Source of the DNA: a virus
Taxonomy: Duplodnaviria > Caudoviricetes
IMG/VR virus record: IMGVR_UViG_3300020195_000033
Coordinates: 1-53,677 of that record
Length of the DNA stretch: 53,677 nt
Reading direction: 5' to 3' (one strand)
Shown: positions 35,258-44,377 of the stretch, piece by piece
Numbering within the stretch: position 1 is the stretch's first letter
Layout of the letters: each line of letters begins with the position of its first letter
Position numbers and translations under genes: made by a program
The notes under the pieces: model-generated
The model's database searches: none
Told to the model about the DNA's origin: nothing
Seen by the model: only the letters and a program-made list of their open reading frames with translations

Positions 35258-35946
35258 GGCTTGCCCCGTTCTGCGGGTTGCCACGACGACGACGACGACG
35301 TGTCGTCGGGGTGAACAGGACCGCACACAGACACCCACGGCCCGACCAGTAAATCGTAGTGGTGTTGTGTGAAGCCGTGAAGTCCGATCAGGTCACGCAT
35401 AACCAAAGCCCCTGCAGCATCCGCAGCCGCCCGCCCAGCCGCGATCATGTCCCCACTCGCAGCATCCATCGCAGCCGCCGTCGCAGCGTTCGCAGCATCC
35501 ATCGCAGCCGCCGTCGCAGCGTTCGTAGCATCCATCGCAGCCCACGTAGCCCACGTAGACGCCGCAGACGCCGCGGCAGCCAATCGGGAAGTCTCGTCTA
35601 CGGGCAGGCCCGCCACCCGACGCACCAAAGCGACAACCTGCTCCCACTGTGGCCCGAACGTCGCCGCCAACATCTCATCGGTGATCTCACTATTTGCTAC
35701 CAGCGCAGATTCGATTTGATCGAACTCGAAAGTTTGGTCGTTGAACTGTGTGCCGAACCCAAACCGTGCCCCGACCTGCTCCACCAGAAAGGCGTCACCC
35801 GGAACCGGTTGACAATATCGGATAGCCCCAAACATGCACGTCGGGGTATCGGCATGCTCCCAGTCGCCCCAACCGTGTGTCCATAGCCGCCCGTGGTCGA
35901 GCCTTTCCACAACCTGCGCAACCGGGATCGTGATAATCGTTGTCAC
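35254..35946 (-). CDS. Ala-rich repeat phage protein
   Basis: GPQWEQVVALV..(AAMDAANAATA)n..ALVMRDLIG..GFTQHHYDLL..PW; 33-bp tandem repeat at about 35458-35541. Confidence 0.7.
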   Translation of the reverse strand: MTTIITIPVAQVVERLDHGRLWTHGWGDWEHADTPTCMFGAIRYCQPVPGDAFLVEQVGARFGFGTQFNDQTFEFDQIESALVANSEITDEMLAATFGPQWEQVVALVRRVAGLPVDETSRLAAAASAASTWATWAAMDATNAATAAAMDAANAATAAAMDAASGDMIAAGRAAADAAGALVMRDLIGLHGFTQHHYDLLVGPWVSVCGPVHPDDTSSSSSWQPAERGKP

Positions 35947-36362
35947 GGCTTGCTCCGTTCTGCGGGTTGCCACGACGACGACACCGGCGCAAGCTGCACC
36001 ACGCCGAGCCACCCATGCAATGCGGCGTGGATCGCTCCCTCTCTTGAGGGGTGCACCCGACTGAACCAACCGTCAGCGTGCACGCTCACCCAATGCTCCT
36101 CAGTCATCGTCGGCATCGCTGCCGGAGGCTCCGGCAGACGCACCCAGGCGTCGAGAGTGGACAGCGAGAGCACACCCGGAGAGTCGTCAGTCTCGTAGAC
36201 GACATACCACAGACCGAGCAGACCAATGTGCCCAGGAAACACGCCGACCACACGCACGGTTTCGCAGGAACCGGCAGGTTGCCAGCGGCTCCCCACCAAC
36301 GCCTCCGGGTGATCCGTGCATGCTTTCAGTTGCTCACATCGTTCACACTTGGTGTCGTTCAT
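35943..36362 (-). CDS. hypothetical protein; N-terminal domain paralogous to 36359..36835
   Basis: KCERCEQLKACTDHPEALVGSRWQ. Confidence 0.7.
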   Translation of the reverse strand: MNDTKCERCEQLKACTDHPEALVGSRWQPAGSCETVRVVGVFPGHIGLLGLWYVVYETDDSPGVLSLSTLDAWVRLPEPPAAMPTMTEEHWVSVHADGWFSRVHPSREGAIHAALHGWLGVVQLAPVSSSWQPAERSKP

Positions 36363-36835
36363 CGGTTCTCCTGTACTGCTAAAGCGGCTTCAAGTTGTTC
36401 AAGCAATCGGCCACGACGCAGCCAGCGATGCAACATGTTGATGGCCTCAAAGTCGTCATGATCTTCGGGATCGAGGTTGGCGATGCAACTGATGCCGTCG
36501 CATTCTTGGTCGCCGCAGAATCCGCAAACGTCGGTGCTGGGGCATGACAACTCAAACAACTCAAACGGGTCAGCGATGACCGGCGGCGTCGGCATCGGTG
36601 CCGGAGCCTCCGGCAGACGCACCCACCGATCGAAAGTGACTAGCGAGAGCACACCCACAGAGCCGCCGTCAGGCTCAAAGACGACACACCAACAGTCGGT
36701 GCGCCCAGGAAACCCGGCAACGACTCGCACAACAGGAAGGACACCAGATTGCCAGCGGGAACCCACCAACGCCTCAGGATGATCGCTGCACGCTTTCAGT
36801 TGCTCACATCGTTCACACTTCACATCGTCGCTCAT
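36359..36835 (-). CDS. hypothetical protein with a Cys-rich C-terminal domain
   Basis: KCERCEQLKACSDHPEALVGSRWQ; CGFCGDQECDGISC. Confidence 0.7.
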   Translation of the reverse strand: MSDDVKCERCEQLKACSDHPEALVGSRWQSGVLPVVRVVAGFPGRTDCWCVVFEPDGGSVGVLSLVTFDRWVRLPEAPAPMPTPPVIADPFELFELSCPSTDVCGFCGDQECDGISCIANLDPEDHDDFEAINMLHRWLRRGRLLEQLEAALAVQENR

Positions 36836-37224
36836 GTTGATCCCCCGACGACCAACACCGTTCCGTCCATGTGCTCAACGCGGTACTCGTCGACTTCGTG
36901 CCGTTCAGCGTTGCGGCCTTCGATAAGCCCCACGCCGTCGACGAAAATCGAGTAGCCGCGAGAGTCGAGACAATCAGCGATTAGACCGCCGAGTAGGTCA
37001 TGAACTGAGCCGTCCGGTACCACCGGCACAATCGCTGACCGGTTGAATTGAATAAACCGGCGGCGCGTCTTAGCGTCATGCGGAATCGGGAGCAACCCCA
37101 AGTACACGCCCTCGGTGAGAGAGATACGAACCTCGTCGACGTAGAACACGTCATCGTCGTACCACACCCGTTCGCCGGGTCTGACCTGCTGTGCTTCTTT
37201 CGCCTGACTGACTGTGATCCTCAT
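36832..37224 (-). CDS. hypothetical protein
   Basis: GGAGG SD; ATGA coupling. Confidence 0.6.
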   Translation of the reverse strand: MRITVSQAKEAQQVRPGERVWYDDDVFYVDEVRISLTEGVYLGLLPIPHDAKTRRRFIQFNRSAIVPVVPDGSVHDLLGGLIADCLDSRGYSIFVDGVGLIEGRNAERHEVDEYRVEHMDGTVLVVGGST

Positions 37225-37907
37225 TCTTCTTCCTCCATGTAGGGGTCCTTTGAGCAGAGCAGCAGCACTTCAGCGTCGACGCGACGCTCACGGTTCGCTC
37301 CGTACTTCCACCGTTTCGTTGAGACTGGGATCGCTGACACGTCCCAACCGGCAGCCGCCAGTAGACGAGTCCAGCCTGCTACTACCGGTTCTTGACGGTC
37401 GCCAGCGATGAAGTCGGACACGTTGACGATCGCAGCGTCAGCGTCTTGCCAGCAGCCGATGACACGTTCAGCTATCGACCAGTAGACAGCTCGCGCCGGT
37501 GACGACAACGGAGTCCCGCGATAGCCCCACCGACCCTGATTGTCAGGATGCAACTCGCGGTCGTGCCCGACGATCTTGGCAAGCGCGCTGCGATAGGTGC
37601 GCCTCTTCGAGTTATCGCGCGCCTCAAACGAGTCCGCGATGCCGTTCGGATAGACAGGGCTTGTGACGATCGTGTACGGCTCGACCGGATATGTGGAGCC
37701 GTCAGTCGAGTTACCTTGAACGACTCGCGAGTCGACAATGAACGCCGCTTCTATCTCTGTACCGGAAAACTCGCAGCCGATCTCGTCGCAGAGCGCACCG
37801 AGCCGTTCCCCGGCCCCAGCAAACGGGTCGTGAACGAGAATCGTGTCGTCGATCAGACCGCGGATCGCGTCAAGAACCTCAGGGGAATACTGTGCTGGAT
37901 GAGTCAC
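37221..37907 (-). CDS. putative DNA methyltransferase
   Basis: HPAQYS, HDPFAGAG, GTEIE and IVTSPVY motifs. Confidence 0.75.
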   Translation of the reverse strand: MTHPAQYSPEVLDAIRGLIDDTILVHDPFAGAGERLGALCDEIGCEFSGTEIEAAFIVDSRVVQGNSTDGSTYPVEPYTIVTSPVYPNGIADSFEARDNSKRRTYRSALAKIVGHDRELHPDNQGRWGYRGTPLSSPARAVYWSIAERVIGCWQDADAAIVNVSDFIAGDRQEPVVAGWTRLLAAAGWDVSAIPVSTKRWKYGANRERRVDAEVLLLCSKDPYMEEEE

Positions 37908-38233
37908 GACGGATACCCGCTCGCTCGCACTGTCACGTCGAGCGCAAGGTCGCTTAGCCAGCTCTGCGTGTCTAGCCCGTTCAGCCGAGCGAAGTCTGCA
38001 AGGCCGTTGAGAGCACCGAGAATCAATCCGACAGCGAGAAACTTCTGCCTATCGCTCAACGGTACCCACACGTCAGCGAGTGCCGCCTCGTCTATCTCTG
38101 CGAGTACCTGCGTCACCATCGAGAACCCTGCTTGCACCGCGACTACAACGTCAGCACCTTGCGGGACTTTCATTCGGTATCCAATGGGAACAGGCCGCTC
38201 CGTCCGACGAGACGGCCTTGGGGTGTCGCACAA
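37904..38233 (-). CDS. hypothetical protein
   Basis: ATGA coupling to the methyltransferase; start uncertain. Confidence 0.5.
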   Translation of the reverse strand: MCDTPRPSRRTERPVPIGYRMKVPQGADVVVAVQAGFSMVTQVLAEIDEAALADVWVPLSDRQKFLAVGLILGALNGLADFARLNGLDTQSWLSDLALDVTVRASGYPS

Positions 38234-38449
38234 CGTGACTCGTCGTTCTGTGAGCTAGATAGCCGTTCGTCGTTGTACCACCACACGAGACGCACCCCGA
38301 TCAGCACGATCAGCGGTAACGCCGGAGCAGGAACCCCCGAAACCATTAGCGGGGCGGTACAGATGCCGAACACTGCGAGCCAACGGCGTTCCGACCGGCG
38401 CGCTACACGCACCCGCTGACGACACTCGAACGAGACGCTCACGACAGAC

Positions 38450-38551
38450 TCATGGCGCGTCGAGAGCATCGTCGCGCAGCGCGTGCCGTTCTTCCCAATA
38501 CGCCTCAGCGCGATCCTCGAAAGCCGCATATTCCTCGTCAGTCATTGTCAT
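38450..38551 (-). CDS. 33-aa acidic leaderless micro-protein (not in the ORF track)
   Basis: MTMTDEEYAAFEDRAEAYWEERHALRDDALDAP, 6 nt after TACAAT. Confidence 0.6.
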   Translation of the reverse strand: MTMTDEEYAAFEDRAEAYWEERHALRDDALDAP

Positions 38552-38598
38552 AGGCCAATTGTACCACGGAACGACACCGGTTTACAACTACGGTTGTA
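38552..38598 (-). promoter_or_regulatory. leaderless promoter with operator
   Basis: TTGTAA-18-TACAAT-6-ATG; TACAAC-N4-GTTGTA at 38583-38598. Confidence 0.75.
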
Positions 38599-39457
38599 GC
38601 GGGTATTGGCGGATTCTTAGACCAGGCGGGAACCCGTCGATATCGCTCCCAGCGCGGTCAGCGCAGCCCCATACACGCCCCAAGACGCTCCCAGCCTGCT
38701 TCAAGTAGAAAGCGACAGGGACAGAGCCAGAGTTGCTGCAACGCTCGCACGAAGTCGTCGACCCGTCAGCTTCATGGCTTTCGTAATACCCGACTTCCAT
38801 GCAAGAACAAGGAACGTCGTGCGCGCAGAGGTCAGCAAGGTCGCGCGCCCATTGTTCTTGCATTGGGCGCGCGTTCGGGCCTGACTCGCCACCAACGATC
38901 AGCCAGTCGATGCCGGTCAGGTCGAGTGACGGCAACGGCCCCAACAGCGGCTCGGCACTCAGGAACCGGATCGGGGCTGGAATAGTCCGCAAGATCGGTA
39001 CACGCTCGACAGCACGCTGGTCATCTTCCACGGTTGTGCCCATCCAACAGTTCAACGGCCACTCCCCCAACCAGTGAGCGGGAATGAGACTAACCACGTT
39101 CTCTGGGCGTTTCGTGAGCAACTGCCAGTGCAGCCAGGGTGTCACTTCGATCAGCGCGAACAAACGCGTACGATCAGCGTCAAGGTCACGACGGTCCTCG
39201 AACACGTCGGCCATCGACGCACAGAACACACGCTGTGGAATACCAGCAGATTCGGCTTTTGTGTTCCACCTGACCGGCTCGGCCCAGTGCTTGTCCCCGA
39301 AGTGGCGGCGGTCGGCGTTCTTACCCCACACGATGTTGCCAGTACGTTTCGCAAAGGCTTCGGCATAACATTTTTGGCAGCCAGCGCTCACCCTCTCGCA
39401 GCCCCACCAGGGATTGAATGTCGCGTCTGTCCAACTGATTGCGGTCGTCGCTCCCAA
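38588..39457 (-). CDS. phage Gp37/Gp68 (DUF5131) family protein
   Basis: ISWTDATFNPWWGCERVSAGCQKCYAE; VFCASMADVF; LLTKRP; RFLSAEPLLG; IVGGESGPNARPM. TTG start after GGGAGG. Confidence 0.92.
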   Translation of the reverse strand: MGATTAISWTDATFNPWWGCERVSAGCQKCYAEAFAKRTGNIVWGKNADRRHFGDKHWAEPVRWNTKAESAGIPQRVFCASMADVFEDRRDLDADRTRLFALIEVTPWLHWQLLTKRPENVVSLIPAHWLGEWPLNCWMGTTVEDDQRAVERVPILRTIPAPIRFLSAEPLLGPLPSLDLTGIDWLIVGGESGPNARPMQEQWARDLADLCAHDVPCSCMEVGYYESHEADGSTTSCERCSNSGSVPVAFYLKQAGSVLGRVWGCADRAGSDIDGFPPGLRIRQYPLQP

Positions 39458-39459
39458 TG

Positions 39460-39612
39460 CTAGTCCCTCCCATTTGCTAGTCGTCTGAGTGTGTCGCTGA
39501 GGTCGTTCAGCCGTTGCTGATAATGCCGCAGGCACAGCCATTGAACTGGGTTCCCGTAGCCGACGAGCGACTCGCTAGCACAGCCTTCGACTTCACACTG
39601 ACGTTCGGTCAT
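39460..39612 (-). CDS. 50-aa zinc-finger protein (not in the ORF track)
   Basis: MTERQCEVEGC...WLCLRHYQ; ATGA-coupled. Confidence 0.6.
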   Translation of the reverse strand: MTERQCEVEGCASESLVGYGNPVQWLCLRHYQQRLNDLSDTLRRLANGRD

Positions 39613-40247
39613 GCTGCCCCCGTAGCGCGTAGCAGGTCGTACGCGGTCTGCACCCGATCAAACTCATCGGCATCGCCGCCAGCATCAGGATGAGTCGATT
39701 TCACTGCACGCCGGTAAAGCGTCTGCCAGTCATTCGTGCCCGCAATCTCCATCCATCCCATCAGCAGTGTGCGAGCGTCAGCGACAGTCATCGCAGCAGG
39801 CATCGGTCGACCTGAGCCGAGCGCGTTGAATCCGGTGTATTGCTCGCCACGATGCGACGAGCCGTAACGGTCGACCTTTCGGAGCGCTTCGAGCGTCAGC
39901 GCAATAGCGCGCACGTTCGCCTGCCACCCCGACAGTCGCCAACCGGAGCCGGTGAACGCGTCGCATGCGTAACGCAACGGGCCGTGTATCGAGTCAAACG
40001 AGATCACTACCCCGTCGCCTGTCACCTTCGCGTCAGCCCTGATACCGCCGTCCCTGCGCATCCAGTGGTCCGACGTTTGCACTTGCAGCACGACCTCGAC
40101 TTCCTCATATCGCCCGTTTAGTTGCGCGACTTCGCGTTCAAGCAGGTTCGTCGAGTCGAGCCAGCTAGCACGGAACGGATGGTAGGCCGGGTGCGATACC
40201 GGATCAGTCCATGCCGCGAGCGGACGGAACACGATGCGAGCGCTCAT
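39609..40247 (-). CDS. phage protein with a C-terminal J-domain
   Basis: ANVRAIALTLEALRKVDRYG; LYRRAVKSTHPDAGG. Confidence 0.85.
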   Translation of the reverse strand: MSARIVFRPLAAWTDPVSHPAYHPFRASWLDSTNLLEREVAQLNGRYEEVEVVLQVQTSDHWMRRDGGIRADAKVTGDGVVISFDSIHGPLRYACDAFTGSGWRLSGWQANVRAIALTLEALRKVDRYGSSHRGEQYTGFNALGSGRPMPAAMTVADARTLLMGWMEIAGTNDWQTLYRRAVKSTHPDAGGDADEFDRVQTAYDLLRATGAA

Positions 40248-40681
40248 TTCTGCACCAGCGGGTTAGCGGCTGTCTCACCCTCACAAGACCGCCGATAGGT
40301 GCGAAGTTCGGGATCGAACTGATACCAGCAGAACTGCACCTCGACATCGCCAGAAACCAGCGCCGTGAAGCCAACCCGGTCGCCTACCTTTGAGCAAAAA
40401 TCTTCAAGTACGGTCGCTCGTCCACAGTGAGTGCATGTGCCATCGTCGATGAGCAGCTCTGCGAGCACATGGGTCGCCTGTAGTGGGGTTGCGCCAGCGC
40501 CCGCTGACGGGATCGGTTTGCCGTTACGTTGATGGTGCTGGGCGATCGCGATCCACATGACGACACCGTTATCAGGGTCGGTGTACTCGATGCGGTAGTC
40601 GCTCGCTCCGGTGCGTCCGATGAGGTCGATGAGCGCCAGGTATCGCCCCATCACTTCCGGTGGCATATCAAGGCCACTCAT
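40244..40681 (-). CDS. hypothetical protein
   Basis: CTHCGR and WYQFDPELRTYRRSCEG; AAGGA SD. Confidence 0.65.
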   Translation of the reverse strand: MSGLDMPPEVMGRYLALIDLIGRTGASDYRIEYTDPDNGVVMWIAIAQHHQRNGKPIPSAGAGATPLQATHVLAELLIDDGTCTHCGRATVLEDFCSKVGDRVGFTALVSGDVEVQFCWYQFDPELRTYRRSCEGETAANPLVQK

Positions 40682-41001
40682 TTCGTTTCCTTGACTAGCC
40701 GGAAATGGTGGGCGATGTGACGACGTAGCGCCCAATACCACACCTTGCGACGTATCCCAAACAGCAGCCGAACGTCACACCACAAAATATGAACCGCTAG
40801 TCGGCGGGCTTGACTGCGAGGCATGTGAGTGTGCCACTCACTCTTCATCCCAAGCCACAGTTCATAGCCGTCGTTGTTCCATACCGCTATTTCAGGGTAG
40901 GAGTCCTTGCCGAAGTCTTTGCGCCAATGGTCGCCCGGTGGGCTCGGGCTACCACCCCAGTCGGTGCCCCAATGCTGGTAGATGTACTCGCTTGGCCTCA
41001 T
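40678..41001 (-). CDS. hypothetical Trp-rich protein
   Basis: ATGA overlaps at both ends. Confidence 0.55.
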   Translation of the reverse strand: MRPSEYIYQHWGTDWGGSPSPPGDHWRKDFGKDSYPEIAVWNNDGYELWLGMKSEWHTHMPRSQARRLAVHILWCDVRLLFGIRRKVWYWALRRHIAHHFRLVKETK

Positions 41002-41081
41002 CGTTGCGCCTGCTCCACCGGGAACACCTCGCCAAGACTTCTCGACTCTATGGCCATGTTCGTTTCTCCTTCGTGTGGGTT

Positions 41082-41453
41082 TCAGTTTCGTCGTCGTTGT
41101 AACTCAGCTAGTCGGGCACTCAGCATGTCCGACACTTCACCTTTCGTCGCGCCCGGGTCTATCTCAATCTTCAACTGCTCAGCACGTTCGCGTTGTGCAA
41201 CCGTCGCCCGTAGTCGCCGCCACGGCGACCCAATCAAAGCTTTCGCCCTAGCCTCCGTCGAGCGTTGCCCCCATTCCAGCCCGCCAGCGTTGACCAGCAC
41301 AGTCTTAGACCCGTCCGGTTCGATCATCCCAGCGCGCCACTGCCCGTCGTCACGTTGCACGATCACGAACGTCGTCGCACCGACATGAAGCTCGTAGCGG
41401 GGAACCGGCCCGCTGATCTGTACCCAGTCGTGACCGTCGACCCCGCTACGCAC
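41082..41453 (-). CDS. hypothetical protein
   Basis: PWRRLRATVAQ...GATKGEVSD motif. Confidence 0.5.
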   Translation of the reverse strand: MRSGVDGHDWVQISGPVPRYELHVGATTFVIVQRDDGQWRAGMIEPDGSKTVLVNAGGLEWGQRSTEARAKALIGSPWRRLRATVAQRERAEQLKIEIDPGATKGEVSDMLSARLAELQRRRN

Positions 41454-41454
41454 T

Positions 41455-41697
41455 TCACGTTCCCTGGGCTTTGTTTATCATCCGGTATTCCTGCTGCTGA
41501 ATCGCAGCCTGCGTGACCTCGAATAGCGCCGCGAGCGCCTTGTACGTCATTGGCGGGTCAAGTGCGCGAGCACGCTGAACGAGAGCGCCGCGCTGCACCT
41601 TCAGTTTCTCCATCGCGTCGCTAATCACTCTGTACCCCGGCTGAAAGGTTCGGATTTCGACTTCGAGCGCAGCGTGGTCTGGTGACGGTTCTCTCAT
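41455..41697 (-). CDS. HTH DNA-binding protein
   Basis: MTYKALAALFEVTQAAIQQ. Confidence 0.65.
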   Translation of the reverse strand: MREPSPDHAALEVEIRTFQPGYRVISDAMEKLKVQRGALVQRARALDPPMTYKALAALFEVTQAAIQQQEYRMINKAQGT

Positions 41698-42053
41698 TCG
41701 TTGCCTGCGTCGTCGTCTGCGTCGTCGTCGAAGTTGAGCCGGGAAACACCCTTGGCTTCTTCGATCTTCACGGCCTGCGCGTCCAGAATCTCACCGACGA
41801 GCGAACGGTCGATGAGCGACGCGGTGCCCGCCTTCAACCGCTGCACGCGCACCAGCTTGTCGGTGTCCTTGATCTTCTCGTAGGTGATCTTGTCGACGGT
41901 CGTTTCGAGAACGACGATCACAATGTCCCCGAGCTTCAACTCCTGCGGCTCGATCGCGAGAGCCTGCGAAAGTCCGTCGCCTGCATTAGAGACAGCGATA
42001 CGAGTCGCGATCACTTCGCGACCCTCGAACGAGTGAAGAACTATCTCAGTCAT
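41694..42053 (-). CDS. conserved hypothetical phage protein
   Basis: FEGREV..ISNAGDGLSQAL-like motif. Confidence 0.7.
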   Translation of the reverse strand: MTEIVLHSFEGREVIATRIAVSNAGDGLSQALAIEPQELKLGDIVIVVLETTVDKITYEKIKDTDKLVRVQRLKAGTASLIDRSLVGEILDAQAVKIEEAKGVSRLNFDDDADDDAGNE

Positions 42054-42108
42054 AATGATTCTGCTTCCTGTGGGTGTAGATAGTGAGATTGTAATACTAG
42101 CAGCGTTG

Positions 42109-42360
42109 TCATCGCGAGCGCGTCCTAGCCCCGCTCTTATAGTCCATCTTCACCGAGGCCACATATTTCGCGCCCTCGAAAGCATCGAGAACGCGGGCAA
42201 GCTCGAACGGGCCTAGCTGATTGAACGTCTCGATTTCTTGACCGAGGACGTAAGAGGCGACCTCGATACGTTCCCCGCGCGTCAGCCCGAAGTCGGCGCA
42301 GATGCAGAAAATCTGCTCGCGCATCCGCATCACAGACGACTTCACAGTCGAGTTAGCCAA
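42109..42360 (-). CDS. hypothetical protein
   Basis: Operon packing. Confidence 0.5.
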   Translation of the reverse strand: MANSTVKSSVMRMREQIFCICADFGLTRGERIEVASYVLGQEIETFNQLGPFELARVLDAFEGAKYVASVKMDYKSGARTRSR

Positions 42361-42442
42361 GCGTGAAGGGCGCAGATCGCGACGATCGTGAGAGCTGCGA
42401 GCGCTATGAACACGATCTCACCTTGCGATAGATCGCCGCCGC

Positions 42443-43012
42443 TCATTTCGACCACCCTGTTTGACGTAGCAAGTCGACAGCTACGCGCCCACTGCCGCTA
42501 CAACGCCAGACGATCGCTTCGTCAGGTGACCCCGCTGATCGCTCGCGACGCCCCGAGTTATGAATGAACCCGGCTTGTGCCAGTTCGCTCACCCGTTTGC
42601 GCGCTGTCTCTGTACTGATCGGGGTGTTCTTCCCCGATGCTTCGCGAGCGGCGTCGAGCGCGGTCATGTCGCGGTTAGCGAGCACGAACAGAACGCGCGC
42701 AGCCGTTGAGCGGTAGCGGAACTTGCTCACATCACGCTTCGCGTGTCTCACCGCTGCCAGTTGCGAAGTCGACGGATCGTGAGCACGCGCCGGGAAACTG
42801 TCTGAGCGTTGCGGGTCAAAAATCTCCGGCCAGAGTTGCTTGACGACCAACACGATTAGCGACGGCGGGAACGTGTCGGTCAGTTCAAGCAGGTGTTGCC
42901 CGCAGCGTATGCGCTCGGCGGCGACGCGTTCGACTCGCACTCGCACTCGCGCAGCCAACGCATCCTCCGCTTGCCTGCCAATCACTGTCTCCATCTGAGG
43001 TCCCTTTCTCAT
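42443..43012 (-). CDS. winged-HTH DNA-binding protein
   Basis: ARAHDPSTSQLAA...RKRVSELAQAGFI..SG.R. Confidence 0.7.
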   Translation of the reverse strand: MRKGPQMETVIGRQAEDALAARVRVRVERVAAERIRCGQHLLELTDTFPPSLIVLVVKQLWPEIFDPQRSDSFPARAHDPSTSQLAAVRHAKRDVSKFRYRSTAARVLFVLANRDMTALDAAREASGKNTPISTETARKRVSELAQAGFIHNSGRRERSAGSPDEAIVWRCSGSGRVAVDLLRQTGWSK

Positions 43013-43278
43013 CTGAGGTCGAGAGCATGTTGCTCAACGACCGGCTTCTTGCGGCGCTTCAACGCTGGGCACGTCACCCAGTGCGAGACGTAGGCGACAC
43101 CTTCCGGTTCCGGTTCGCCCTTGCGCGCGACAGTCGCGACCAGTTGGCCGTACTCGTACGCGAGATAGACGGTCCCTTCCGCGGGCTGCGGGTCGACCGG
43201 CATACGCCGACCGGTCGCGGTCAGCACCAGCGCTATCGGACGATGACAATGCTTACAAGGACGCGACGGCAAGCTCAC
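43009..43278 (-). CDS. zinc-binding hypothetical protein
   Basis: CKHCHRPI..T.TGRRMPVD..SHWVTCP; GTGA-coupled. Confidence 0.7.
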   Translation of the reverse strand: MSLPSRPCKHCHRPIALVLTATGRRMPVDPQPAEGTVYLAYEYGQLVATVARKGEPEPEGVAYVSHWVTCPALKRRKKPVVEQHALDLR

Positions 43279-43802
43279 AGTTCCAGCCCAGCAGCCAACG
43301 GTTCTTGCACCGCAGTCGCGTAGTCGGGTGTCGACCATCTCTTGAACGTCGGGATCAGATCAAGCGAAGTGACGCGCACCGTCGCCCCGATCCACGCCTG
43401 CCACACTTCGATCTTCGCTATCCGCCACACGACGATCTTCGCGTCGTCCTCAATCAGCCCGCTCTCAGTCAGCGAGTCACCGAGACTGCGCGCCAACTTG
43501 TCGCTGTCGGGCGCTTCGATCTTCCAGCGTCCGAACAGACGAAACCTTTTCGGCCTCGACGCGGGCATAGGTAGCCGGAAGAACACGTCGACTTGCACCG
43601 GCCCAGCGATGCAACCGAACCCGCCAGCAGCCGCTTCGCGTGCTTTCTCAGCGACAGCGGCACGCCACGCTTTCAAGTTCTGACGCGATGACGCGTCGCC
43701 AGCGTCGACAACGATCGCCCGCCCCGTCTTACGATTCACGAACGCCGACTTCGATCCTTGCGGTTTCGGTTCGCCCACAACATCGAACTGCACGCTCGTC
43801 AT
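43275..43802 (-). CDS. rusA: RusA-family Holliday junction resolvase
   Basis: GEPKPQGSK; PDSDKLARSLGDSL..G..EDDAKIV...K. Confidence 0.9.
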   Translation of the reverse strand: MTSVQFDVVGEPKPQGSKSAFVNRKTGRAIVVDAGDASSRQNLKAWRAAVAEKAREAAAGGFGCIAGPVQVDVFFRLPMPASRPKRFRLFGRWKIEAPDSDKLARSLGDSLTESGLIEDDAKIVVWRIAKIEVWQAWIGATVRVTSLDLIPTFKRWSTPDYATAVQEPLAAGLEL

Positions 43803-44031
43803 AGCGCAGCGCGTTCTTCGGCCTTCGCGGCCTCTATTGACTCGACCAGCCGACGACCAACAGCAATCGTTTCCGTCGAGATCGGGCCACGCCGACCGAT
43901 AGCTGTCACGACCACCTGCGCTTTACTCGCGCAGTTCGGGCATCGAGCGACGAACGACGACACAGACGACACGACCGCCGGGTCATCCTGATAGAACGTG
44001 CAGCCGCACTCGCATCGAACCTGAACAACCG

Positions 44032-44337
44032 TCAGCACGAAACCGCCTCCCACAGCCGTTGACGAAGTACGGGCTGATTCGCCATGTAGTTAGCCTCAAT
44101 CACGCCGTCCACCATGTCAGCGAGCACGTCGGCCTTCGCTCTGCCTTTCAACGTCACCGCGATGAACACATGACCGTTCGGCGCTCGACGTAACGACCGG
44201 TCATCTCCAACCCGCAGCGGCGGTGAACGGAAACTCGGAACGACTAGCCCGTTGTGGCGCGCCTCGCGCCCAAGAACACGCGCCGCGTCCGCGAAGTCGA
44301 GCGAGGTCATTGAAACGATCTCCGGTTCCGTTGTCAT
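44032..44337 (-). CDS. hypothetical protein (leaderless MTTEPE)
   Basis: ATG 6 nt after TGGTACAAT; PSFRSPP..DRSLRR..ADMVDGVIEAN. Confidence 0.7.
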   Translation of the reverse strand: MTTEPEIVSMTSLDFADAARVLGREARHNGLVVPSFRSPPLRVGDDRSLRRAPNGHVFIAVTLKGRAKADVLADMVDGVIEANYMANQPVLRQRLWEAVSC

Positions 44338-44373
44338 GCGCCCATTGTACCACGGATGACAACGTTCGTTGTA
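44338..44373 (-). promoter_or_regulatory. extended -10 leaderless promoter with operator
   Basis: TACAAC-gaac-GTTGTC at 44373-44358, then TGGTACAAT-6-ATG. Confidence 0.7.
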
Positions 44374-44377
44374 AACG

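Larger units (their letters stand above)
35054..35983. repeat. gene-junction direct repeat at 35054, 35254 and 35943
   Basis: tcacggcttgc(c/t)ccgttctgc; the last two copies extend with gggttgccacgacgacgac. Confidence 0.85.
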
